DNA from: a candidate division WOR-3 bacterium
Lineage (GTDB): Bacteria; Hydrothermota; Hydrothermia; LBFQ01
NCBI GenBank assembly: GCA_027002825.1
Contig: JALWZG010000072.1
Span: 1 to 47,665 of the forward strand
DNA: 47,665 nt
Direction: 5' to 3'
Part shown: positions 27,529 through 35,854 of the stretch, piece by piece
Numbering within the stretch: the stretch's first letter is position 1
Layout of the letters: each line of letters begins with the position of its first letter
Program-made: the position numbers and the translations under genes
Notes under the pieces: generated by a model
Seen by the model: the letters and a program-made list of their open reading frames with translations, nothing else
Database searches by the model: none
Told to the model about the DNA's origin: nothing

Positions 27529-29097
27529 TTAACGTGTGGAGGTCTTTTCCTCCGCTATGTCCAGGTTCCTGACCCTTTCCCTTGGGATCCTCGCCCTGCT
27601 CACCTGGGCGCAACCGAGAAACATGTAGTCCATGTCCCACTCCCTGTGGGCATCCGTTCCGAGGATCACCTTCCCCCTGTAGCCGCCCTCCAGAAGGGCG
27701 TAGGCGTCAAGGTCCACCCTTTTGGGGTTGGCGTTTATCTCAAGGGCTTTCCCCGTCTCCTCTGCCATTCTCATCACCTTTTCAAGGTTCACGCGGTAGG
27801 AGGGTCTTTTCTTCAGGACCCTCCCCGTGGGATGTCCTATGGCGTCCACAAAAGGGTTTTCCAAGGCCTTAAGTATCCTGGCCGTGATGTCCTCATCCTC
27901 TCCCCAAGAATGAACGGACGCTATGACGAGGTCAAAAACCTTTAAAACCTCGTCCGGGTAGTCAAGCGAGCCGTCGGGGAGTATGTCCACCTCCGTAGCG
28001 AACAGTATGCGCACGTAAGGGTACTTCTCGCGCAGCTTGAGTATCTCGTAGAACTTCCTCTCAAGCCTCACGAGGTTCAGGCCACCGGCTTTTGAGGACG
28101 GGGAGTGATCCGCGAGGGCGATGGCGGTGTATCCCCTCTTTATGGCCGCCTGAACGGCCTCTTCCGCCGTCATGCTCCCGTCGGAGTAGGTGGTGTGAAC
28201 GTGCATGTCCCCCGGAACGTTCTCCGGGAGGAGTGGAGGGGGAAGCTCTCCCCTTGCGGCGAGGGCGATCTCACCACCGTCAAACCTCTGATAGGGGTGT
28301 ACGTAGGGTAGGCCGGCCCTCGCGTATATATCCTCCTCGCTCTCCCCCTTTATATCCACCAGTTCGCCAAGGGCTCGCACGTGGGCCTCCGGCCCCGTGG
28401 CGTACAGGAGAACACTGCCCAGGTCATCCGGCGTGTATATGTGGACGTGTATGGGTATCCTCTCGTCCGCCCACATCCACCAGCCGTCCCTGTACCTTCC
28501 CGATATGGCCAGCCTGAAGGCATCCTCTTCCGAGAGGAGGAAATCAAAGCGGGATACGATAGGCTCTCCCCTCCTGTACTCACCGGCGGCTATGGCCGAG
28601 GGGTACTCCTTCAGGAAGGCCTTGACCACAAGTCTCGCCTCGGGAAACGTGAAGAGTTCCCTTTGCAACAGGTAGAACTTTACACTCCCGTACACCCTTT
28701 CCGGACTTTTGAACACATCGCCCGCTTTACCGCTTTCAAGGAACTTGAGGAGGTCGTCATAGGTTTTTATGCCGAGTCTGAAGAGGTGTTGGGCCGTGCT
28801 TACGCCTATACCCCTGACGTTTATAAAATCGGGTGTATCTCCGAACTCCGACAGGGCCTCCTCGTACTCCCGCAACCTACCCGTTTCCAGAAACTCCTTT
28901 ATTTTCAAGAGGAAGGACCTGTCCACGTTGAGGAGTTCTTCCAGCTCCCCGTACAGCTCCGATACGTCCTCCGGGAGGCCGAGAAGTACCTTTGAAAGGT
29001 GCTTGTAGACGCTGCACCTCCTCTTCGGATTTCCACGCAGCAGACACGTCGTGTAGAGGTAGGAGAAGATCTTGGAGAGCCTGTAGTTGTTCTCCAA
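27529..29097 (-). CDS. polX: Family X DNA polymerase-PHP fusion (polymerase site altered)
   Basis: HhH GIG, AGEYRRG, TG..H, EEDIY; PHP motifs HVHT.YSDG, DHS, EVDI, HPTGR, EIN, TDAH. Confidence 0.9.
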   Translation of the reverse strand: MENNYRLSKIFSYLYTTCLLRGNPKRRCSVYKHLSKVLLGLPEDVSELYGELEELLNVDRSFLLKIKEFLETGRLREYEEALSEFGDTPDFINVRGIGVSTAQHLFRLGIKTYDDLLKFLESGKAGDVFKSPERVYGSVKFYLLQRELFTFPEARLVVKAFLKEYPSAIAAGEYRRGEPIVSRFDFLLSEEDAFRLAISGRYRDGWWMWADERIPIHVHIYTPDDLGSVLLYATGPEAHVRALGELVDIKGESEEDIYARAGLPYVHPYQRFDGGEIALAARGELPPPLLPENVPGDMHVHTTYSDGSMTAEEAVQAAIKRGYTAIALADHSPSSKAGGLNLVRLERKFYEILKLREKYPYVRILFATEVDILPDGSLDYPDEVLKVFDLVIASVHSWGEDEDITARILKALENPFVDAIGHPTGRVLKKRPSYRVNLEKVMRMAEETGKALEINANPKRVDLDAYALLEGGYRGKVILGTDAHREWDMDYMFLGCAQVSRARIPRERVRNLDIAEEKTSTR

Positions 29098-29099
29098 CT

Positions 29100-29459
29100 C
29101 TACCCTTCCCCCTTCAGGGACTTGATGGCCTCGTAGACGTCGGAGTAGGTCTTGAACACCTTGTCAAAGGCCATGATCTTGTAAATCTTGAGGGTTTTGT
29201 CCTTCAGGCCACAGGTTATGATGTCCCCGCCTATCTCCCGCGCGTGCTTCAGGACGGTTATCAGGGCGCCCCATATGGCCGAGGATATGTACGTGGCCTC
29301 CGAGAAGTCTATCACGAAATACCTGACCCCGTCGGCCAGCTTGTCGTCAAAGAAGACGATAAGAGGCTCTCTCATCGCCGTGTCCAGCTCGCCTATGAAC
29401 CTGACTATACCTATGTCCCCGTCTCTGCGGAATTTGACCACTTCCCCTATGTTGCGCAT
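29100..29459 (-). CDS. STAS-domain anti-sigma factor antagonist
   Basis: GELD, IDFSEATYISSA.WGAL. Confidence 0.9.
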   Translation of the reverse strand: MRNIGEVVKFRRDGDIGIVRFIGELDTAMREPLIVFFDDKLADGVRYFVIDFSEATYISSAIWGALITVLKHAREIGGDIITCGLKDKTLKIYKIMAFDKVFKTYSDVYEAIKSLKGEG

Positions 29460-29464
29460 AACAG

Positions 29465-29499
29465 TATTCTAAACCCGACATTCAAATCCGGGGTAGAAT
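29465..29499. promoter_or_regulatory. Back-to-back promoters: TAGAAT (-, 29466-29471) and TAGAAT (+, 29494-29499)
   Basis: 6 nt before the STAS ATG and 7 nt before ATG 29507 of the PmbA-like gene. Confidence 0.65.
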
Positions 29500-29506
29500 G
29501 CCTTCT

Positions 29507-30865
29507 ATGTTAAAACAGCTCCTCTACGATCTCGCCGAAGGGGTTTTGAGGATCTCCAACGCCGAACAGACGGTGGTGTTGGTCAAAGGTGAGAGGTCAA
29601 GGCTTGTAAGGTTTGCCAATTCACGTGTGCATCAGAACACAGAGGTCAGAAACGTCTCCATCAGCGTTCACGTCCGGTTTGGAAACAGGGCCGCCACGGC
29701 CGAGAGCAACGCCATAAACTCCCCGGAGGACATAGCAAGCCTTGTGAGGAAGGCCGAAGAGATGGCCAAAATCTCACCGGAAAATCCGGAGCTCTTGGAG
29801 GTGCCCAAATCCGGAAAACTGGAAACCTCACCCGACACGTTTGACGAACTGACGGCCGAGGCGGATCCGTCCCACCTCATAGATATGGCCACCCGCCTGA
29901 TAAAGGGAACCCCCAAGCCCTTTGAGGCTTTCGGGACGATCTCCGGCGGAGCGGACGAGATGGTAGTCCTGACCTCGGAGGGGTTTGAGGGGTACAGGGG
30001 TGTGACGGCGGCGCACGTCAAGTACAACCCCATACACGACCTTACACACGGTTATCTCGTCCAGAAATCCGGTCACACGTTCAGGGACTTTGACGTTGAG
30101 CTTATACTCCAGCGCGCTCAGGACAGGCTTTCCTTCGTTTTAAACCCGGCCGAACCCCAACCGGGCAAATGGACGGTCATCCTTGAACCCCTTGCCGTCG
30201 CCGAGCTTTTGGGTTTCCTCAACTGGATGGGCCTCTCGGCCAGGTCGGTTCTGGACGGAATATCACCCCTTGGCGAAAAGCTGGGAAAGGGGATCTTTTC
30301 GGAAAGGTTTACACTTTACGACGATCCCCTCAACCCCAGGGGGTACCCCTTCCCGTTTGACGCGGAGGGGAGGAAGAAGGGGCTTACAACCGTGGTTGAA
30401 AGGGGTGTCCTTAAAAACCTCGCCCATGACAGCATCACGGCCAAGAGGCTGGGTACAAAGTCCAACGCCTGCGCCACTACGCTTCAGGCGAGCAGGCCCA
30501 TGTTCCTCAACCTCAGGCTGAAGGAAGGTGATGAGGGGTACGGGGAGATCTTGAACGGGAGTGAGAGGGCGTTACTCGTGACGAGGTTCTGGTACACCAA
30601 CATCGTAAACCCAAGGGACCTGAGCATCACGGGTATGACGAGGGATGGACTGTTTTTGGTTGAGGACGGTAGGATAGTGGGGAGTGTCAAGAACATGCGT
30701 TTCAACGTAAGCCTGTTTGACGTCTTCTCCAACGTCGTTTCCGTCTCCAAGGAAAGCGAACCTGTTGGGGATTCCACCTGGTACGGCCCTTTCATCGCCA
30801 TAGGTGCGATCGTTCCCACGCTCAAAGTGGAAGGGTTCAACTTTTCATCGTCAACCCTGTTCTGA
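29507..30865 (+). CDS. TldD/PmbA family protein (PmbA/TldE-like, no HExxH)
   Basis: RFANS.VHQN, PG.WTVILEP.AV, DDP, FDAEG, TG.TRDG.FLVEDG. Start moved to ATG 29507 because ATG 29498 lies inside the -10 box. Confidence 0.9.
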   Translation: MLKQLLYDLAEGVLRISNAEQTVVLVKGERSRLVRFANSRVHQNTEVRNVSISVHVRFGNRAATAESNAINSPEDIASLVRKAEEMAKISPENPELLEVPKSGKLETSPDTFDELTAEADPSHLIDMATRLIKGTPKPFEAFGTISGGADEMVVLTSEGFEGYRGVTAAHVKYNPIHDLTHGYLVQKSGHTFRDFDVELILQRAQDRLSFVLNPAEPQPGKWTVILEPLAVAELLGFLNWMGLSARSVLDGISPLGEKLGKGIFSERFTLYDDPLNPRGYPFPFDAEGRKKGLTTVVERGVLKNLAHDSITAKRLGTKSNACATTLQASRPMFLNLRLKEGDEGYGEILNGSERALLVTRFWYTNIVNPRDLSITGMTRDGLFLVEDGRIVGSVKNMRFNVSLFDVFSNVVSVSKESEPVGDSTWYGPFIAIGAIVPTLKVEGFNFSSSTLF

Positions 30866-32502
30866 TGTGGTTCTTCCCCTTTTTGGACAGTCTCTTGGCC
30901 TACGGGGGACTCTCAAGGGTTGACCTCACCTTTGAAAAGGATCTGTCAACCCGAACGCTCTTCAAACCCCAACCCGTTCTCCGCTACCTATCCGATCCCC
31001 TCTCCCTGATGGTTTGGGCATCGGACGGTGGAAAGTACGTCACCGTTAAACCCGAAAGCCTACCCGCGACCTTTTGGCCCGTCAGGTACAGAAAGGTCAG
31101 AATGCGCACCCGCTTTACCGTAAGGGACAGCACGATCAAGAGGATCGTTGAGACCCTCTACTGTGTGGATTACTTTGAGGGTAGGGCTTTTCTGAGGGTT
31201 GGCAGGAGGAGGGATACGTTGAGGGAGAGGTTGAAGCGAGCCTGGGACCCGAGCGCACCGGACGGTGATTCGTTGACGTTTGCGGAGGTGCGTCTCGCCG
31301 TGGACTCCGTCGATTACAACCTCCTCCTCAACGCCTTCGGCTGCCTCTTAAACCTGGACACCTCACTCGTCCCCCGAATGGAGGGGGATTTTCAGTACGA
31401 GTACATAACGGGCTTTGGAAAGGTAGCCGTCGGGGGAACTGGAAGCAACACCTACAGGGGAAGGTACGCGGCCATTTACGACTTCGGAGGGGATGACTCC
31501 TACTTCCTCGAGAGCTCCCCCACGCTGATAGTGGACCTCGGGGGGAACGATAGGTATTGGGGGGAGTTCGCGTCGGGCATCGTGGGTGTTTCCGCCCTTT
31601 ACGACCTCGCCGGGAACGATGTGTACGAGTGTGATGGCGTTTGCGCCGGTGTGGGTCTCATGGGGTTCGGTCTACTTTACGATAGGAGTGGGGACGATTA
31701 CTACTCCGCCGGCTACCACTCCCTCGGCGCCGGCACCTTTGGAGGGGGCTATCTTATGGACAGGGAGGGGAACGATGTGTACAAAGGTGTAATATACGGC
31801 CAGGGGTTTGCCGGGACATACGGAGTGGGTATTCTTTCGGACTCTTCCGGGAACGACGTGTACGCCCTCGGATACGGCCCAATACACGCCCCCCTGTTCA
31901 AAACCCAGCACCAGTCCTTGGGGCAGGGCTTTTCCATAGGCTGGAGGGACAGGTTCGGAGGAGGTGTGGGGGTCCTGGCGGACGGTTCCGGAAACGACCA
32001 TTACCTCGCAGGCACGTACGCCCAAGGCGTCTCCTATTGGTACGCCCTGGGTTTGCTTTACGATGGGGGCGGAGATGACAGGTACATATGCGCTGAGTAC
32101 TGTCAGGGGGCCGGGATACACGTTTCCGTGGGGGCGTTGGTGGATAAATCGGGTGATGACCTCTACTACGCCATGTTCGGTCCGAGCATAGGTGAGGGAC
32201 ACGACTTCTCGGTCGGCTTCTTTTACGATTCAACGGGGAACGATACGTACTACACCAGCGGTGGTTTCGGGGTCGGGCTTACCAACTCCGTCGGAATATT
32301 CGTGGACGGCGGAGGGAAGGACAACTACTCGGCTCGTGAGAAGGAGATCTCCTTCGGAGGGGCGAACGAGAAGCGGGAGATGGGAGGTATAGGTGTGTTT
32401 CTGGACCTCGGAGGTGAAAGGGACACCTACCCCATGCTCTTCCACACGAAAAACGGACACCTATGGGTCAGACCCAAATGGGGACTCGGATGGGACAGGT
32501 AG
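30865..32502 (+). CDS. Exported Gly/Asp-rich repeat protein (about 12 DxxGxDxY repeats)
   Basis: YDFGGDDSY, VDLGGNDRY, YDLAGNDVY, YDRSGDDYY and further copies; TGATG-coupled to the upstream gene. Confidence 0.8.
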   Translation: MWFFPFLDSLLAYGGLSRVDLTFEKDLSTRTLFKPQPVLRYLSDPLSLMVWASDGGKYVTVKPESLPATFWPVRYRKVRMRTRFTVRDSTIKRIVETLYCVDYFEGRAFLRVGRRRDTLRERLKRAWDPSAPDGDSLTFAEVRLAVDSVDYNLLLNAFGCLLNLDTSLVPRMEGDFQYEYITGFGKVAVGGTGSNTYRGRYAAIYDFGGDDSYFLESSPTLIVDLGGNDRYWGEFASGIVGVSALYDLAGNDVYECDGVCAGVGLMGFGLLYDRSGDDYYSAGYHSLGAGTFGGGYLMDREGNDVYKGVIYGQGFAGTYGVGILSDSSGNDVYALGYGPIHAPLFKTQHQSLGQGFSIGWRDRFGGGVGVLADGSGNDHYLAGTYAQGVSYWYALGLLYDGGGDDRYICAEYCQGAGIHVSVGALVDKSGDDLYYAMFGPSIGEGHDFSVGFFYDSTGNDTYYTSGGFGVGLTNSVGIFVDGGGKDNYSAREKEISFGGANEKREMGGIGVFLDLGGERDTYPMLFHTKNGHLWVRPKWGLGWDR

Positions 32503-32509
32503 GGATGCC

Positions 32510-33229
32510 TTGCGGTTGAACATAGGCATATACGATTCCGAGATCTCTTTGCGTTTTCCCAGGGGCCTGGCGGGCGTTTTGGAGGTGGTGGCGGAGATAA
32601 ACAGGTATTACACGTCAAGCGGGAGGAGGAGCATGTGCGCCTTTCCATCGGATAGGAACGAGTTCTTTCCCACACGGGGTGTGTTCCACGTGAGACCGGA
32701 TGACAGGTGGAAGACGGCGGCCTTTTTCGGTAGGGTTCTGAGAAACTTTTACGGTCCCAAAACCGTGAGGTTTGCGCTCTTCCACGCCAGTGCCGTATCC
32801 GACGGAGGGGGTGCCATAGTCTTTCTCGGCCATCACGCCTGGGGGAAGACCACACTTCTCAGGGGTTTCCTAAGTGCGGGCTACTCGTACCTATCCGACG
32901 ATATGGTGGCCGTGAACCTCAAAAGCGGATTGCTCCACCCAACCCTCCCCGTAGACCACAGGGTGAGGTTTGGGAGTGTGTCCCCCCCCGTACCTCTGAA
33001 CACCGTGTTCTTGATCAGGTATTCACCGCAGAGGGATGAGTCGGAGATCCGTGAAATCCCCCCCCATAAGGCCTTCCTCTCGGCCATGGAAAACCTCCTG
33101 AACCCGACCTCCGTGGGGGAGGATTCCCTGAAGACGCTTTTGCGGGTTTTCTCAGGAGCATCCTCCTACCGCACCTTCCACAGGGACTGGAGGGACGTTT
33201 TGAGGTTTCAGTCCCTCAGGTCCTCATAG
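32510..33229 (+). CDS. HPr kinase-related P-loop protein
   Basis: FHASAV...G.AIVFLGHHAWGKTT...G..YLSDD. Start uncertain (in-frame TTG 32510 or 32516; the ORF track starts at 32393). Confidence 0.72.
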   Translation: MRLNIGIYDSEISLRFPRGLAGVLEVVAEINRYYTSSGRRSMCAFPSDRNEFFPTRGVFHVRPDDRWKTAAFFGRVLRNFYGPKTVRFALFHASAVSDGGGAIVFLGHHAWGKTTLLRGFLSAGYSYLSDDMVAVNLKSGLLHPTLPVDHRVRFGSVSPPVPLNTVFLIRYSPQRDESEIREIPPHKAFLSAMENLLNPTSVGEDSLKTLLRVFSGASSYRTFHRDWRDVLRFQSLRSS

Positions 33230-33780
33230 GTGAACTTTTCAACCCCGTAATGTTTCAGGGTGGTTTTCGGATCCTCATAGACCGAGGGTGGGAGGCCGGC
33301 CTTGTAAGCAAGTTCGCTTAAAAACCTCACCGGATCCGGGATTTTCTCCCATACCTGTGGAAGGAAGGTGGCCCTTCCGTGAGGATGTTCCAGTATCAGT
33401 CCCATTCCGGGTTTCACCTTTTCCAACAGATCCCCAAAATCCCTGTAGTGTAAGACTTCGGGTTCGGAGAGGACGCTGACCTCAAGGGTTGTGTGGGGCC
33501 ACTCCTCAACGCTCAGAGGTGGAAATCTCGGATCCCTGAAGGCGGCGGCAAGGGCGTTGTAATGTACGTCCAGGACAAGGGGGCGATAGGCCTCAACGCT
33601 ACCTATACATCCGCGCAGCCTCCCGCCTTTCGTCAAGGTCACAAAGCTCGCACCCTTTTCCAGAAGGGTGGGGGGAAGTCCATCCGTCTCAGGGGGTGAT
33701 ACATCCCCTCGGAACGCCCTTGATACGGCCGAATGCGCCACATCCAACAGGATACGTTTTTCCCTCCTGCTCAGGCCCAT
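33208..33780 (-). CDS. amrA: AMMECR1-domain protein (AmmeMemoRadiSam protein A)
   Basis: ASFVTL..GGRLRGCIGS, AAFRDPRFPPL, EVSVLS, ATFLPQVW, KAGL. Confidence 0.93.
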   Translation of the reverse strand: MGLSRREKRILLDVAHSAVSRAFRGDVSPPETDGLPPTLLEKGASFVTLTKGGRLRGCIGSVEAYRPLVLDVHYNALAAAFRDPRFPPLSVEEWPHTTLEVSVLSEPEVLHYRDFGDLLEKVKPGMGLILEHPHGRATFLPQVWEKIPDPVRFLSELAYKAGLPPSVYEDPKTTLKHYGVEKFTYEDLRD

Positions 33781-33836
33781 GAACGTATTATTTTACGGAC
33801 GCCCAAAAACACATCTCCTCCTCTTAAAATCCCCGG

Positions 33837-35840
33837 ATGCGGTTTAGGGACTACGGAGAGTACCACGACCACTTCCGTCGCCTCATCCTGCTTGAGAGGG
33901 AGGCGGAGATCGAGTTCCACAGGAGGGAAATAAGGAGACTGCCCGGCTGGAAGAGGGAGAAGCTCGGCAGGGCCATTCTGAACCTCAGGGGGAAACTCGT
34001 GGGCAGAGGACTGGGGGGAACCTATCTGGTCAAGTACGTCCGTCAGGGGGGACTGCCCCAGACGGAGATAAAGGTGGGAGACCTCGTAATAGCGAGCAGG
34101 GGAAAACCGAAAGGGAACGAGGTACAGGGGACCGTAGTTGAGAAGACCCGTTTCTCCTTAACCGTGGCCTACGACAGGTACCCGCCCGACTACGCCCTCG
34201 GCAGGGGGGTCAGGGTAGACCTCTTCGCCAACGACGTAACCTTTCAGAGGATGTTGGACGCCCTCAAGGCCCTCAGGGGGCATCCTGACCTCCTCAACCT
34301 CCTCCTCGGAAGGGCAAAACCGGAGATAACTGAAACGGAGGTGGAGTTTAAAAACACCTCCCTGAACGGGAGCCAGAGGACGGCCGTTAAAAAGGCCATC
34401 GGCTCAAAGCCCGTTTTTCTCGTCCATGGCCCTCCGGGTACGGGGAAGACTACGACCGTAGTTGAGGCCATATACCAGTACGTCGCAAGGGGTAAGAAGG
34501 TGCTCGCCACGGCCGACTCCAACGTGGCCACGGACAACATGGTTGAGAGGCTCGCCGCCTACGGCATAAACGTGGTAAGGGTGGGAAACCCCTCCCGCAT
34601 AACCAAGGCCGTCGTGGAACATTCCCTTGACTATCTCCTCCAGTACGACGAGGACTACAAGAGAGCCTTGAAGATATACGAGGAGGTGGACAGACTCCGG
34701 CAGGAGCAGAAGGACTACCTCGCCCCGACACCGAGGTGGAGGAGGGGGCTCTCCGACGAACAGATACTGAGGCACGCAGAGACGGGAACACCGGTCCGGG
34801 GAGTCCACCCCAACGCCATAAGGAAGATGGCCGCCTGGATCAAACTCCAGAAACGGATAAACCACCTGATGGAGACGGCCAGAAAGTACGAGGCCATAGC
34901 CGTGGAGCGGATCCTGAGAAACGCCGACGTGGTATGCTCAACCAACTCCTCCGCCGGGAGCGAGGTCCTCGCCCACTTCAGGTTTGACATCGTCTTCATA
35001 GACGAGGCCACCCAATCCACAGAACCTTCCTGTCTTATACCCATGGTGAAGGGTAGCGCCTGGATAATGGCAGGGGACCACAAACAGCTTCCCCCCACGA
35101 TACTGAGCGAGGAGGCGGCAAGGCACCTGCAGATAACCCTGTTTGAGAGGCTCTTGAAGGTGTACGGGGAGGGTATAAAGGAGATGCTCCGGGTCCAGTA
35201 CAGGATGAACAGGGTAATAATGGACTTCCCCAACAGGATGTTCTACGAAGGGAAGCTCATAGCCCACGAGAGCGTCGCGGATCATACTTTGAGGGACCTG
35301 GGAGTTGTGCCGGAGGTCCTGAAGGGTCTCCCCCAACCCCTGCCCTTCGTCCTTGACCCCGACAGGCCCGTTATCTTCGCCGACACCCTCGGCAGGTCCC
35401 CTGAGAGGCAGAGGAGGGGGTCAACCTCCTACTACAACGAGGGGGAGGCGGATTTCGTCTTAAAGGTGGTGAAGGCCCTGCTTGACCTGAAGGTGCGGCC
35501 TGAGGATATAGGCGTTATATCCCCTTACGACGATCAGGTTGACCTGATAAGGGGCCTGCTCAACGGGAACGGGATACCGGAGGAGGTTGAAGTCAAGACC
35601 GTAGACGGTTTTCAGGGGAGGGAGAAGGAGGTTATAGTGGTCTCCTTCGTGAGGTCAAACGACAGGGGGGAGATGGGTTTTCTGAGCGACGTCAGGCGGT
35701 TGAACGTGGCCATAACGAGGCCGAAGAGGAAACTCATAACCGTTGGGGACTCCTTGACGCTAAGGGTGCATCCGGTCTACAAGGGGTTTATCAACTACAG
35801 CCTAAAGGCTGGGGGGTACGTTCGGCTTTTCCATCCTTAA
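33837..35840 (+). CDS. SF1 helicase, IGHMBP2/Upf1-like
   Basis: HGPPGTGKTTT, SNVATDN, IDEATQ, GDHKQLPPT, QYRMN, TVDGFQGREKE, RRLNVAITR. Confidence 0.95.
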   Translation: MRFRDYGEYHDHFRRLILLEREAEIEFHRREIRRLPGWKREKLGRAILNLRGKLVGRGLGGTYLVKYVRQGGLPQTEIKVGDLVIASRGKPKGNEVQGTVVEKTRFSLTVAYDRYPPDYALGRGVRVDLFANDVTFQRMLDALKALRGHPDLLNLLLGRAKPEITETEVEFKNTSLNGSQRTAVKKAIGSKPVFLVHGPPGTGKTTTVVEAIYQYVARGKKVLATADSNVATDNMVERLAAYGINVVRVGNPSRITKAVVEHSLDYLLQYDEDYKRALKIYEEVDRLRQEQKDYLAPTPRWRRGLSDEQILRHAETGTPVRGVHPNAIRKMAAWIKLQKRINHLMETARKYEAIAVERILRNADVVCSTNSSAGSEVLAHFRFDIVFIDEATQSTEPSCLIPMVKGSAWIMAGDHKQLPPTILSEEAARHLQITLFERLLKVYGEGIKEMLRVQYRMNRVIMDFPNRMFYEGKLIAHESVADHTLRDLGVVPEVLKGLPQPLPFVLDPDRPVIFADTLGRSPERQRRGSTSYYNEGEADFVLKVVKALLDLKVRPEDIGVISPYDDQVDLIRGLLNGNGIPEEVEVKTVDGFQGREKEVIVVSFVRSNDRGEMGFLSDVRRLNVAITRPKRKLITVGDSLTLRVHPVYKGFINYSLKAGGYVRLFHP

Positions 35841-35854
35841 AATCCGCACCGGTT

